A stretch of DNA of 64,000 nucleotides, from positions 1 to 64,000 of the forward strand of contig JAVECO010000123.1 in NCBI GenBank assembly GCA_051942205.1, in the 5' to 3' direction. Positions 35,276 through 46,300 of the stretch are shown here, piece after piece. This DNA is from Coniocarpon cinnabarinum. Lineage: Eukaryota. The notes beneath the pieces are model-generated. The model did not search any database, was not told the origin of the DNA, and saw only the letters and a program-made list of their open reading frames with translations. Numbering within the stretch: position 1 is the stretch's first letter; every line of letters starts with the position of its first letter. Made by a program: the position numbers and the translations under genes.

Positions 35276-36608
35276 ATGGCATCGCCAGCCCCGCCCAGCT
35301 TAACGCCCGACCAATTAGCCGCGAATCAAGGTCCAGGGATTATTGTGGGTAATCTCATCGTTGCTGCTGCGGCTATCATCGCCGTCGCATTGCGGATATG
35401 GGCACGAAGACTCAAGGGATTGAGACTGGGTCCAGATGACTGGCTGATTATGGCAGCCCTGGTATGTCTTTTGTGACGGGGGCATTTTCCTAAACCACAG
35501 TGTCTAACGATTTGCAGCCTTTCGGACTAGCGATGTGTGTGGTGACGATTTACGGTAAGACATGGCTTCGTGACTATCATCGAGTGTGGTCCGACCTGAC
35601 TGACCGCTGCAGCTGTGCATCACGGCCTCGGACGGCACCTAATGGGTGTTCCAATCTCTGATCTCAAGCGCGAAGGCCAGGCCTTTTACGCGTCCGAGAT
35701 GATCTGGGCCGCTTCAATTCCATTCATCAAGATCTCCATTCTGGTGCTGTATGTCCGCGTCTTTGGCCAGCTGCGCTACATGCGCTGGTCAGCGTGGTGT
35801 CTCAGTATCTTCACCATTGCGTGGGCGATCATGGTCATTCTGGTGTGTTCCATGCAGTGTTTGCCCATTCAGGGCATCTGGGACAAGACGATCAAGGCCA
35901 AATGCATCGACGCGCCCACGTTCTTCATTGCGGGAAGCGTGCCGGACGTCGTTGTCGACTTTATGATTTTGGTGCTTCCGATCGCTGCAGTTTGGAGATT
36001 GCAGAAAACTATTGTGGAGCGGATTAGTCTGATGGCTATCTTCTTATTAGGATCGCTGTGAGTGGCGCATGGAAACTCTATTGATGCTCACAGATCATGA
36101 CACTGACCTCCCTTCAAGAGTCTGCATCATATCGCTCGTCCGGCTTGTTGAGCTCATTAAGAACGCGACGATTGACGTTACGTGGTCACTCGGACAGGTA
36201 TCTGTTTGGTCAACTTCGGAACCTTGTTTGGGCATCACCTGCGCCTGCCTTCCTACCATGACGCCCATCCTGCGGAAGCTCAGGCTCCTCAAGAGCGAAT
36301 CCGGTGCATACAGCGGGGGGCACCAATACCACAGCGACTACAGCTCTGCCGCAAAGCAAGTCTCTGGAAACTCCGTGCGGCATTCGAAGCGTCTGGCGTT
36401 GACGAGCACGAACCGGACGAATAGCAACGACAGCAGTAGGAACGGATTGCATCCGTCCGGCGGCTATGGCTTTTCTGCAGAAGGCGCAGTGAGCCAGGCA
36501 TCCTCGGATGAGGATTTCATTACGGAGCAAAGGGCGGCTAATGGGATTCATGGGCATGGCGATGTTTACGCGTTAACGACTATTGATGTTCAAACGCAAA
36601 GGAAATGA
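35276..36608 (+). CDS. Rhodopsin-domain (PTH11-like, no CFEM) 7-TM integral membrane protein
   Basis: VALRIWARR..GPDDWLIMAAL, HGLGRH, KISILVLYVRVF, QCLPI..IWD...KC, DFMILVLPI, IISLVRL, EPCLGITCACLPTMTP. Confidence 0.88.
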
Positions 36609-36733
36609 TTGAATGGGTTTTGTATGTTATGACTCGATTGATGCTGTTCCCGTCAATTCAGCTTGCTAGTCCTTAATGAAGAACGAAAGTCTCGTAATGA
36701 AGCTGCAACGCTTGACCTCTCATCAATTTCCCT

Positions 36734-37661
36734 TTATAACGGTGTCAGACACGTTCCTATAACTTTTCTCCACCGCCGCCGGAAGAAACCCACCTGTTCT
36801 GTGCTCACTTCGCTGGCGGCTTGCTTGATGAACTTGGCAACCTCTTCGGGTGAAGTGGATGTGGCCATGTGTCCTGCGTTGCAGCGTTCGATGCGCTTAG
36901 AACCAGCTGCCTTTGCAAATTGCTCTTGCATCTCTACTGGCAGGCATTGATCCTTCTGTGAACAGTCGTCAGTTCACCACATGAATGCACATTTGTTGAG
37001 ATCTTGTCGCTACATCAATTTTGTGAACATGTTCATACCTCGCAAATCAAATATGAGGACGGCACCTCCCTCCAACCGCAAAAATGAATTGTATCGTCCC
37101 AGCCATCGGAGGGCTGACATTGCAAAGTGTCGATGTACCTCTGTGCCTGCTTGTCCGACTCTACATCATTGAAGAGAAGAGTACGTGGTGACACGCACCA
37201 GAGGCGAGGACCCTTGACTGTGTTAGCATAGATCTGGCTGAACACTGAGAGCAACTTACGTCAATTTCAAAGAACGGCAATGGGCCATGCTTGAATCCTT
37301 CCGGAAAGACCGCAGCAGTGATAAAGACAATATGCGTAACGCCCCCAGATTGATGCTTTTTCACTCTGCTGGACCTGGAAAGATGTTCGATGGCGTGGCT
37401 CCCGAGGAAACCTGATGCACTATGCAGCACCAAAACCACTTGGCGACCGGACTGCACGACTGGCTCGATCACCGAGCGCACAGCAGCCACATCATCATGA
37501 AGTCCAGGCGATTTCGGGTCCTGACTGAATGGTTTGCCCGTTGACGCAAGAGCTGCAAGGTGAGTCGTGTAGCCGGCTTTACGGATGATTTCGGCGCAAG
37601 AATCGTACGCTTTGGGCCCCTCCCAGAAGCCGGGCACAAAGATGATGTCGGGCTTGACCAT
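36734..37661 (-). CDS. Alpha/beta-hydrolase (Abhydrolase_6, methylesterase-like)
   Basis: IIFVPGFWEG, DDVAAVRSVI, VVLVLHSASG (variant nucleophile elbow), HIVFITA, YLICE, AGHMA. Two introns. Confidence 0.82.
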
Positions 37662-38193
37662 CTCGTCTAGGTCGTTGGTGATCCTTTGTAAGTCTTTACG
37701 AGTTGAACAAGGAAGTAAAGGTTTTGCACCTTTTGATTCCGTCTCAATGGGTCTGTCACTTTTTCACCAGAGTTCTCCCGGCAGACTCCATGACTAGTCC
37801 AGATCAAATATCAGGAGCAGAGTGAGCTTGCTCAGACGATGTTGAACTATGCCCGTTGATACCCGCTTCGGGCCGTGATACGGGCCGCATACAAAAGACG
37901 CCATACCAACGCTTTGTTCCATGGAACCCCCACGAAGCTCTAAGCAATTCTAGGCTAGCGTATGCTATGGTGCCCGGGCCGACTTCTGAGCGATGCACGG
38001 ACAATTTCATGAGCACCTCGCATGACTAAGGGACGCGGCAGAAGTGGTCACTAGCAAGTGTAACACTGAGACCGTCACTCAGAAACAGTAAATATTGAAA
38101 TATTCACGATACCTTTGCCAGCTTGGCATGGAGCTAAAGCTTTGACATCTTTGATGAGCAGGGGTTCCCCGCGCGGCTCATCCAAGTCCGTGG

Positions 38194-39317
38194 TTATTGA
38201 AGGGGCTTGCGACCCACCGCGACGATCATGGGCATGCGGATACTAGCGCCTTGCACCACTTCGGCGACTGACTCGTTGTACAGCCTCCACCACTCGCTGC
38301 TGTCCCGTCCCTTGGCGTCTAGGCCTCGTATGAGCTCCGCCACCGAGGACAGCTGCATATGGCTCCAGGGATGTGCCAGCTCGTCTGGGATGTCGTATGA
38401 TTGCAACGTCGCACTTTGAAAGCCGCCCTCCGCAAGATAATGGTCTAGATTGCGGGTCCATCTGCAAACGTCAGCGTCTGCTCAAAAAGGCTCGTGCCTC
38501 AACATCGATATTTATCCATTACCCGTAATTAACACCCTCAGGCTTGAAGGCTTCGTCCACCTTGGCGTACAACTTGTCTAGGCTGGTTGTAGAGGCTGAT
38601 GCATTCGCAGCCTTCCTGTGGAGACCGCCCAAGTCTGCCTCGTCCCACTGAACGTAGCCGCCAGGTTCTGCGTGGTACAATCAGCATTAGCAAAGTCTAG
38701 CCATGCTTCTTGCGTCTCTCATTCAATGAGAATACGCTCGCATTTTGCTCGGCGGCTGCCTCTGCATATGCTTTTCCGTCTCGCGAAAGAACAACTTACT
38801 CAGCAGACGCTTCACGTTCTCAATGAGTGGTCTCGGATCGCCTTGTAATACCGTGACGACCAATCCAACATGGACTATGTCGAACCTCCCCATCAGGTGA
38901 TTCGGCAAGGGTGCCAAAGCGTCCAGCTGCGCCAGTTTGACGTTGCTAGGAAGCCACTCATTTGGGGGAAATTGAGAGCGAGAGATGTCGAACCCCTCCA
39001 GCTGAGCTTGGGGCTTCTCTCGGGCAAGGTCGATCAGCCATATTCTGCAAGCCTGGGTCAGGTATAACACTCATGAGGGAATAGACGGTTCAAACCCTGT
39101 ACCACAAGCTACATCCGCGATTCTGAGCGATTCGGCTGGCGGATGTTCGATTGAAGGGCTCAGCAGATAGCCTAACTGTCTCCTCCACATCCAGTGCTGC
39201 ATGTACAAGCTGTGCATGCCACATTAAGTATCATGGTCTTGATCTGATCGTTGGGAACAAATACCGGCTACTCGCATTAAAGTCCCTTCCTAATGGATAC
39301 GAGATATTCTCTGTCAT
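38194..39317 (-). CDS. SirN/GliN-like class I SAM-dependent methyltransferase
   Basis: MTENISYPLGRDFNASSR|LYMQHWMW..GYLLSP..IADVACGTG|IWLIDLA..GFDIS..FDIVH..PGGYVQWDE..VAVGRKP. Multi-exon. Confidence 0.85.
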
Positions 39318-39589
39318 GATGTTCTAAATTTTTTTCTGGATGCAAATATACATAATGCTATAAGCCGGGTGGAGAGCATTCTCCCTATATACTTCTTTGC
39401 TTGTGACGTTTGTTCCCAACCCTAAACTGAGGATAGTCCCGTGACCTTAGCCTTGTTTAATTTTCTGGAATTCTTTCCAACTCTTCTTTCGCTTTTTCTG
39501 CCTTGAATACCTTGCATTGTAACTGATCTATTAGCAGAGGTCAATGAAATATAAAGGGCATAAAGTAGTCGTTGCCGATGACCCTTTGT

Positions 39590-41260
39590 TTACCGAACTT
39601 CTACCTGAACTTGGGTCTCTTCCACTCTTGGGGTTCTTACTGGAAGTTTGTTGATCAGAGCACGGGTCCGTTCAAATGCTGCAAGTGCATTTTTGAAATG
39701 CTCTCGTCCACTCAAGGTTGACTTGGATAGAGGCTTTGCAGGTTGCTGAGTAGCAGATTGTTGTGACTGTTGCGCTTGCTCAGAGGGACTCGAGGGAGCA
39801 ACATCCGCTGCGTGCGTCAAATTAGCCTTTGTGTATTGCTCAAGTTTCAGACTCAGGGCTCTGTTTGCTTCCAAAGCTGTTTCGTGCTCTTTGCGAAGCG
39901 CTGTGAACAGCTTATCCTTTTGTTCTTTTTGTGAACCCTTTTGACGCAGAACTCCTAGCACCTGCTCGAGGCCTTGTGCAGCTGTCTGTGCAACCGTTTC
40001 CTGAATTGACTCCAGTTCCAGGACCCTTGCTTCCAACTGAGCTTTCTCTCGGTTGATCTCATGCCTCAGCTGTCGCGTCACGTCCTCGACGACTCTCGCA
40101 TCCGTACGGTTTTTCGTTGCCCATAGGACATCGATCCTGTGAAGCATCGCAGAGATCAGATGACGAGTTCCATGACTTGTCTGTCCGCCAAAGTCAGTCA
40201 CATCTAGCACTGCATTCACGAGATCCAAAATCTCCCCGATGTCGGGGTTGTCATCTTCGACGGACATTGCAGCCAATTCAAGCGTGCGCACATCTGAGGG
40301 TAATTGCGCTTCTTCTTGGGAAGAACTTGTTGCTGTTGCATCCTCTTCGCTGCGCTCGCTTTCTATCTCATCACCATCGGAATCGGATCTTTCTGGTGAT
40401 ATGTGACCTTCTGATCCTTGCTGTGGATTAGGGGTGAGCGAGGTATCTTTGATTTTTTCAAATTCATCATCCCAATCAAGAAGCCCGAAAGTATCAATAC
40501 CACGTGCAGACGACGTCGGAGGTGTGCTCTTCTCGGCGAGTGATTGCTCTTCCTCAGTCTGTTCAGCTACTTCACTGCCAGAAGCCGGACTTTGATTGTT
40601 TTCGACGGAGTCTGATCGATGTGGCTGTGATAGCTCTTGAGTGTTCTTAGGGTCTTGGTCCGCCGATTGAGACTTAGCGTCTTCGCTGAGAGCCGGCGTA
40701 TTTTCTTGTAGATCATTGTCTTCTCCGACCTGAGAACCTTCAGAGGAGTCAGTACTAAACTTTGAAAGTGGGATAAGGCTGGACCCATCCTCGCTTGCAA
40801 CCCTGACATCCTCTTTTTCAGACGCGCTCAACTCATGCGAGAGAGGACTCGAGGGCGAAGTCGGCGCCGTGTCTGAAGTCCTATCTAATCTCTCCGTCTC
40901 TTTACGTTCCCAATCCTTGAGTTTAGACAAGTGCAACACGTCGAATTCACGATCTCTGCGATAGACAGAATATGGCACACCCTGAAGATCTGGACTTGAG
41001 GTAATCAGCTCGCCGGATTCATCGTACGTGACTTCTTGAGACCATGGGAGTCCCCTGAGGCGCGGTCGACTTCCTACGAAGTTTGGAGTAATAAATTGCT
41101 TTTCCGGAAAGTCAACGAAGGTCTCGGGCAGCTCGGTGCCATCCCCATACCACCTACCTTGCCATACTCTGTCATATGTCTTGTTCTGATGAGCTTCGTA
41201 GGAGGTTACCTCAGGAGCTACCTCTTCTTCTGCAGCAGTATCATGAGGTTGGGCATCCAT
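39590..41260 (-). CDS. Hypothetical protein: acidic low-complexity middle, C-terminal coiled coil
   Basis: Uninterrupted 556-aa ORF with no family that I recognise. Confidence 0.65.
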   Translation of the reverse strand: MDAQPHDTAAEEEVAPEVTSYEAHQNKTYDRVWQGRWYGDGTELPETFVDFPEKQFITPNFVGSRPRLRGLPWSQEVTYDESGELITSSPDLQGVPYSVYRRDREFDVLHLSKLKDWERKETERLDRTSDTAPTSPSSPLSHELSASEKEDVRVASEDGSSLIPLSKFSTDSSEGSQVGEDNDLQENTPALSEDAKSQSADQDPKNTQELSQPHRSDSVENNQSPASGSEVAEQTEEEQSLAEKSTPPTSSARGIDTFGLLDWDDEFEKIKDTSLTPNPQQGSEGHISPERSDSDGDEIESERSEEDATATSSSQEEAQLPSDVRTLELAAMSVEDDNPDIGEILDLVNAVLDVTDFGGQTSHGTRHLISAMLHRIDVLWATKNRTDARVVEDVTRQLRHEINREKAQLEARVLELESIQETVAQTAAQGLEQVLGVLRQKGSQKEQKDKLFTALRKEHETALEANRALSLKLEQYTKANLTHAADVAPSSPSEQAQQSQQSATQQPAKPLSKSTLSGREHFKNALAAFERTRALINKLPVRTPRVEETQVQVEVR

Positions 41261-41644
41261 CCCAAGAAAAGACCCCCCTCCACTAAGTTTTGAGAGTTAC
41301 TGGGATGACCTGGTCAAGTTGGAAGTACAAATTCAACTCGTAAATGAAAGAATGAGACAAGAAAGGAACATGTGCCGCAAATCCTGTTCGCGCAAATTTT
41401 GGATACAAACAAGCTTGTGGAGTAGCGAAATAGTGATTACATCCTGACGTATAGGTAGACCGTGGCATAAAGTCTACAGCACCTCGGGTCCACGCGAACA
41501 ATGCATATTTCTTTGTTCCACTTCAAGAAAGCATGTGCTGCAACAAACACCGCCACGTGCTTGCGCACCTGGGACCTAGCTTTGTCACATGGGTTCTCCT
41601 TGTGAGTCCAGACCACGAGATGAAAGAAATTGTTTGATGAAAAG

Positions 41645-42869
41645 CTAGTACATTTGTTGACGAGCTTCATGGTAAGGATTCCGACCATACGACATGTTCT
41701 CTGCGGGCCGCGCTCCCATTGTGTTCACCATGGTCGGGTTGAGATTCTGAAGAGCTTGTCTTGGTACATCTGGAAACTGTCCCCTTCCAACTGTTGTGTA
41801 GTCAACTGGCGCGTTGGCACCATCTCTCATTCGAGGCTGAGGTATGGGTAGACGTGTTCGGTGGTTCACAGGCGTTGCAACTACAGAAACATCATTCCCA
41901 CTGAGCTCAGCCTGTCATCGTGTTTCGCGGTTACAAACGCACCTTGCTGATGAAAGCGATGGCTCGCGACTTGATGAAGCGGATTCTGATACGGACTGTG
42001 TTCGTTTCTTCCGCTGCCTAAGCTATTACTCTTGTGATGCTGACCTGATTCACGGGCTCTTGGTGGTCCAAATGAAAACTGCGAGCCTGCTAATGGCGCC
42101 CGACTTGCGTTTTGTCGTAGTTGAGAGCTGTGTTGGTCCTGTTGAGAGGACTGTAATGTGCGTGTGACGGCGTCTGCCGCTGCGTTCTGAACGTCGAGCT
42201 GAAGCATTTGCTTTTTGAGCTCGTCATACATTTTCTGAGCCCGTACACAGGATCGCGCCTTCTCGCCGTAAGAAACAGTGAGCTCCTGATGTTTGTTTTT
42301 GAGGCTATCCATGTCTGCTTGAACATCTGGCTGGTGTCAATATTGTGAGTAGCAGCGACACTCATGTTGAGATCGTCACTAACTGGCAAGCTTGCTTCGC
42401 AGATTGAGAATCTCGGCGTTCGCATCATGAATGACTTGATCCATTTGTCCACTGAGCGCGGCGTGTTTCTCAGTCAAACCTTTAGCTAAGAATTCCTGAT
42501 ACACGCTGTAGTTCTGTCAGCCTGGCAGGCAACAAAGCGGCAATCAGGTTCATGCATTTCCTGCGTAGCTTGATAGCTGTAGAAGGCAAGACCTCTACCA
42601 GCACATTCCGTGATGATAGACGGAGTAAGACCTGAGAGCACACTCGTCTTGTAGTCTTCAGACGGATTTAAGGTTGACACGACAGCATCGTCTGGGTTTT
42701 GCAATCGAGTCTCGCATGCTGGACACAATCTTTCGCTGCTTGCAGACTTGGATAGGCCTAATGAATTTGAGCACTTGAGACAGAAAATGTGACTGCAAGT
42801 AGTCACGACAGCCTGGTCAGTGAGTTGACGACGGCACTTCAATGAATTGCAGCGAAACCTCGCGTCCAT
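41645..42869 (-). CDS. HEI10: Meiotic RING E3 ligase HEI10/CCNB1IP1
   Basis: RCNSLKCR..AVVTTCSHIFC..C..CPAC, LNPSEDYKTSVLSGL, AFYSYQ..QEIVYQEFLAK, then a coiled coil. First intron is GC-AG (42506-42555). The 3' end is less certain. Confidence 0.88.
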
Positions 42870-43313
42870 TACAGTGACGGTTTATTAGCTGGGGAAAGGG
42901 ACATGCATCGCTGCATTTGTGAGTCCTCGGGGGGTCAAGTGCGCAATCTCGGTGTCGTAGTTGGGAAGGAAGCTGCGTGTGGGACGATCGTGACTTCCAA
43001 GCACAGACGCAGATTTAGTGTTCCCTTCTGGGCGTACTGCTTATGAAGACAAAATCCTTAAATGTTTCTGGGCAGAGTCACGCACTGCGCCAGTAACGAG
43101 TACCTAAACAACGACAGTCACTTTCAAAAAGACGCGAGTCATTGGAGCGACCTACAAATCATATTGGACGTAGACCTCAGACGTCTTCATACAGCCGGGG
43201 TTGCTATGTCAGAATTTGCATTCTGGCTGAAATGCTTCCTCATTTATTCTTCGCAGCCCAAAATGCATGAACGCCACTGCTATGCAAGATGTCAAACAAT
43301 CCGGGATAAAACT

Positions 43314-46300
43314 TCACGTGACCTTACAGACGACGCCCATGTTGACTAGACCGTCCCAAGTGTCATCCTGTCGTTGAAGCTTGTCACGTTCAAACTCCTT
43401 CCCATCAAGCTTCTTCAGCTTCCCGCATTTCGAACCGATCAACATCTCGTACACACGCCGCTTCATCTTCATGTCGCGATCTAGCCGAGACAAGTGTAAC
43501 TCATCAACAGCCTGCTCTTGCTCCTGTAACACGTGACCTGTCGCGGTCTGTTTGCAAGGTATCGTAACATCCCTTTTACTCGTCCGCAAACTACCGTCCA
43601 TAGCAGCGTAGAAGCCAAGGGTAAGTGGATTAGCCCTTACATCTATTTCGTCGAGCCTACTCCCATCTGGGAGTAGAGCGCTTAGACGGTTCAGTACCTT
43701 TACAAAGTTTCTCAACCTTGAAAGTCTGTTCTGAGCCACCAAGAGCTTATTCAGCGCTACGATCCCTTCGAGTGGTCTAATGTCTTTGATGCCATTTGCA
43801 TTGAGGTTGAGGATTCTCAGGTTTGGTACCAGCGTTCCGAAATTTGACGGAAGAGCTTGCAGGCCTGTGAATGAAACATCCAGGTGACACAGATTCAAAC
43901 AAGGAACAGTGAGCGATAGCATGGGGCCCAAGGACGTACCACAAAGATAGACATTGGTGAGATGAATGAAGTCGTCCAGACAAACCGCTTGACCTGTGCG
44001 CAACTTTTGGCTGCGGAGGTACACTGTATGCAACGAGGAATGACCAGAAATATTGTCGACGCTTGCAATGTTGTTCTCGTCTGCGCACAAGATTTTCAAC
44101 GATGGCCAGAGTGACACGTCTAGTCTTTCGATCTGATTTTGTTTGATAGTAAGGTTTTTCAAAGATGAGTTAGTGACCAAGTTGGGAGACATGAACTGGC
44201 TCAGCCGATTGTCGGTGACGTCAAGCTTTTTCAAGGATGTCAGACTTGACAAGCCGCTGATGGAAGAGATGTAGTTGTGAGAAAGGTCCATGGTCTTCAA
44301 ACTCATAAGTTGCGCACTAGTCAAGTCCACAGATGATATCTTGTTGTGACTTAAGTCCACAGCAATCAGTCCATCAAGATCGAGAAGTCCATCAATTTCG
44401 TCAATGCAATTGTGTGCCAGATTCAATTCACGCAAATGTGTCAAGCTGCCGAACCCAGCAATGGTTGTGATACTGTTGTGCGAAAGGTGTACCGATTGGA
44501 GATTTCGCAGGTGAGACAAGTCAGTCAAACTAGTCAGTCTGTTATTCGACATATCAAGCTTCCTCAATGATGCAGGGACGCCGCTCAAATGCTGCAGCTC
44601 ATTGTTCGAGGCGTTCAGCTCCTCAAGGCGAGGGCAGAATTCGTCCAGCATATTCAACGTATCAAGTCTTTGATCGGCTAAGTTCAGCCTGTGCATAAAG
44701 TCCCAGTATGGTTCGTCAGGTTCGGCGTCGGCAAGCTTTTCCACCAGAGCATTAGTTGTTAAAGCAGTGCGAGCCGTTGTTCTCCCATGATGCTTGAGCA
44801 TCTCAACCGGTCTGGAGAGAGCATTGTTCATTCGATGTTGATGGTCATCATTCGAGACTGAAAAATCGGAAAGAGGGCTCAAAGATCCAACGAAGCTACA
44901 GTTGCGAAGGCCCGTCGAAGTAAGCGCACGTGCATTAGAGTGTCGACGTGCTTGCACGGGAGTTGACACGCTCATGCTTAAACTGAACGTTCGTCCATCA
45001 GGACGTTGTTCTACGAAAGAGATCTCCTGAAGCTGCTCCGACTGCGACAATGAAACACTCCTGCTCCAATGTTGGTTTTGTCTTGCTTGTGAGGAGTGTT
45101 TTTCTTTGCGGTGAGTTGGATAAAGGCGAGCTATTTGTGAACTTTCAGGGTCGAAGTCATCACTATCATTCTCCGGGTGTGGGTGGCTTGGCCCACTCGA
45201 GCTTGTCCAGTGCTTTGCTTCCCACTCCTTTGATACAGGAGGAGAGGAGAAGAGCACAGATTGTTCTCTTCTTCTAGTTTTCTCGCGGGGTCGAGGAAGC
45301 GAGGCAACTGCATCATCTTGCTCGCGATCATCATCATGGGACTCAATCGTCTCCGTGGGAGCATCCCAGTCTGCGGTAAGATTGCTCTTATTTCCCGCAA
45401 CAGGGAGTTTGCCACTATGTTTGGCTTCACTGGACTTGGACCTCTTCTCAACATCTAGGTCTAGTGGGTCATCGGTCACAAAGCAGGCATTTTCATGTTG
45501 TCTTTTGCTTTCCCGGTTGATATTTTCAAATGAACTCCCAGCTGGTTGCCACTCGGCATCACGTTCTTCAGAGTCGTCTTGATCGCGCTTCGCATTACGT
45601 CTCTCCTCATAGACACTGAGGTCTGGAATACCTCCTAATGGATCGTCCTCCGTACCTGATGAACTAACAGGAACATTCGTAGAGCTTGGTTGCAAAGGCC
45701 GTAGCTTGCACTTGATCCAAGTCTGTCGTGTTGTATCAAATCGCATACCCGCTTCTTCGTCCTTGATCAAGTGGGATACTGTCTCTGGAGCTATTCTACC
45801 AATGCTACTCATTTTTTGTGTAGACGAACTTTTCGCTGTTTCGGCGGAGTCAAAGATGCCATCTGGGTCTTCAATATCTGGTGAAGTATTGAGTTGGCCG
45901 GGGTCAGAATTCCTTCTTTCCAGCTCTCGACCTGGATCATCGGTAATTGTGATACCGTCCTGTTCGTGCTTGAAGGCACCGTTTCCAGTCATCTTGACTG
46001 ATCGAACGATTGACGATACCAAGAACGATTCATCTCCAGTCTCCTCAAATTTACGAAGCTGGCTTTCGATCCGTGGATCTGTATGCCTTGCTGATTTCCC
46101 AGATCTCCAGCCGCTTATGGGCCCATCACGACTGGGTGGCCGGTCCAGTGATTGCACGGATCGATCCAGCTCGACATCAAGATTTTGATGCTCGTCAGTT
46201 TCTATTCCTGAATTGCTCGACCAATCACTGGTGGCAACTTGTTTGCGCGCACGAATGAGATCCATGATTCGCATAGCTTCATTGAGGTAGTCTTGGGTGG

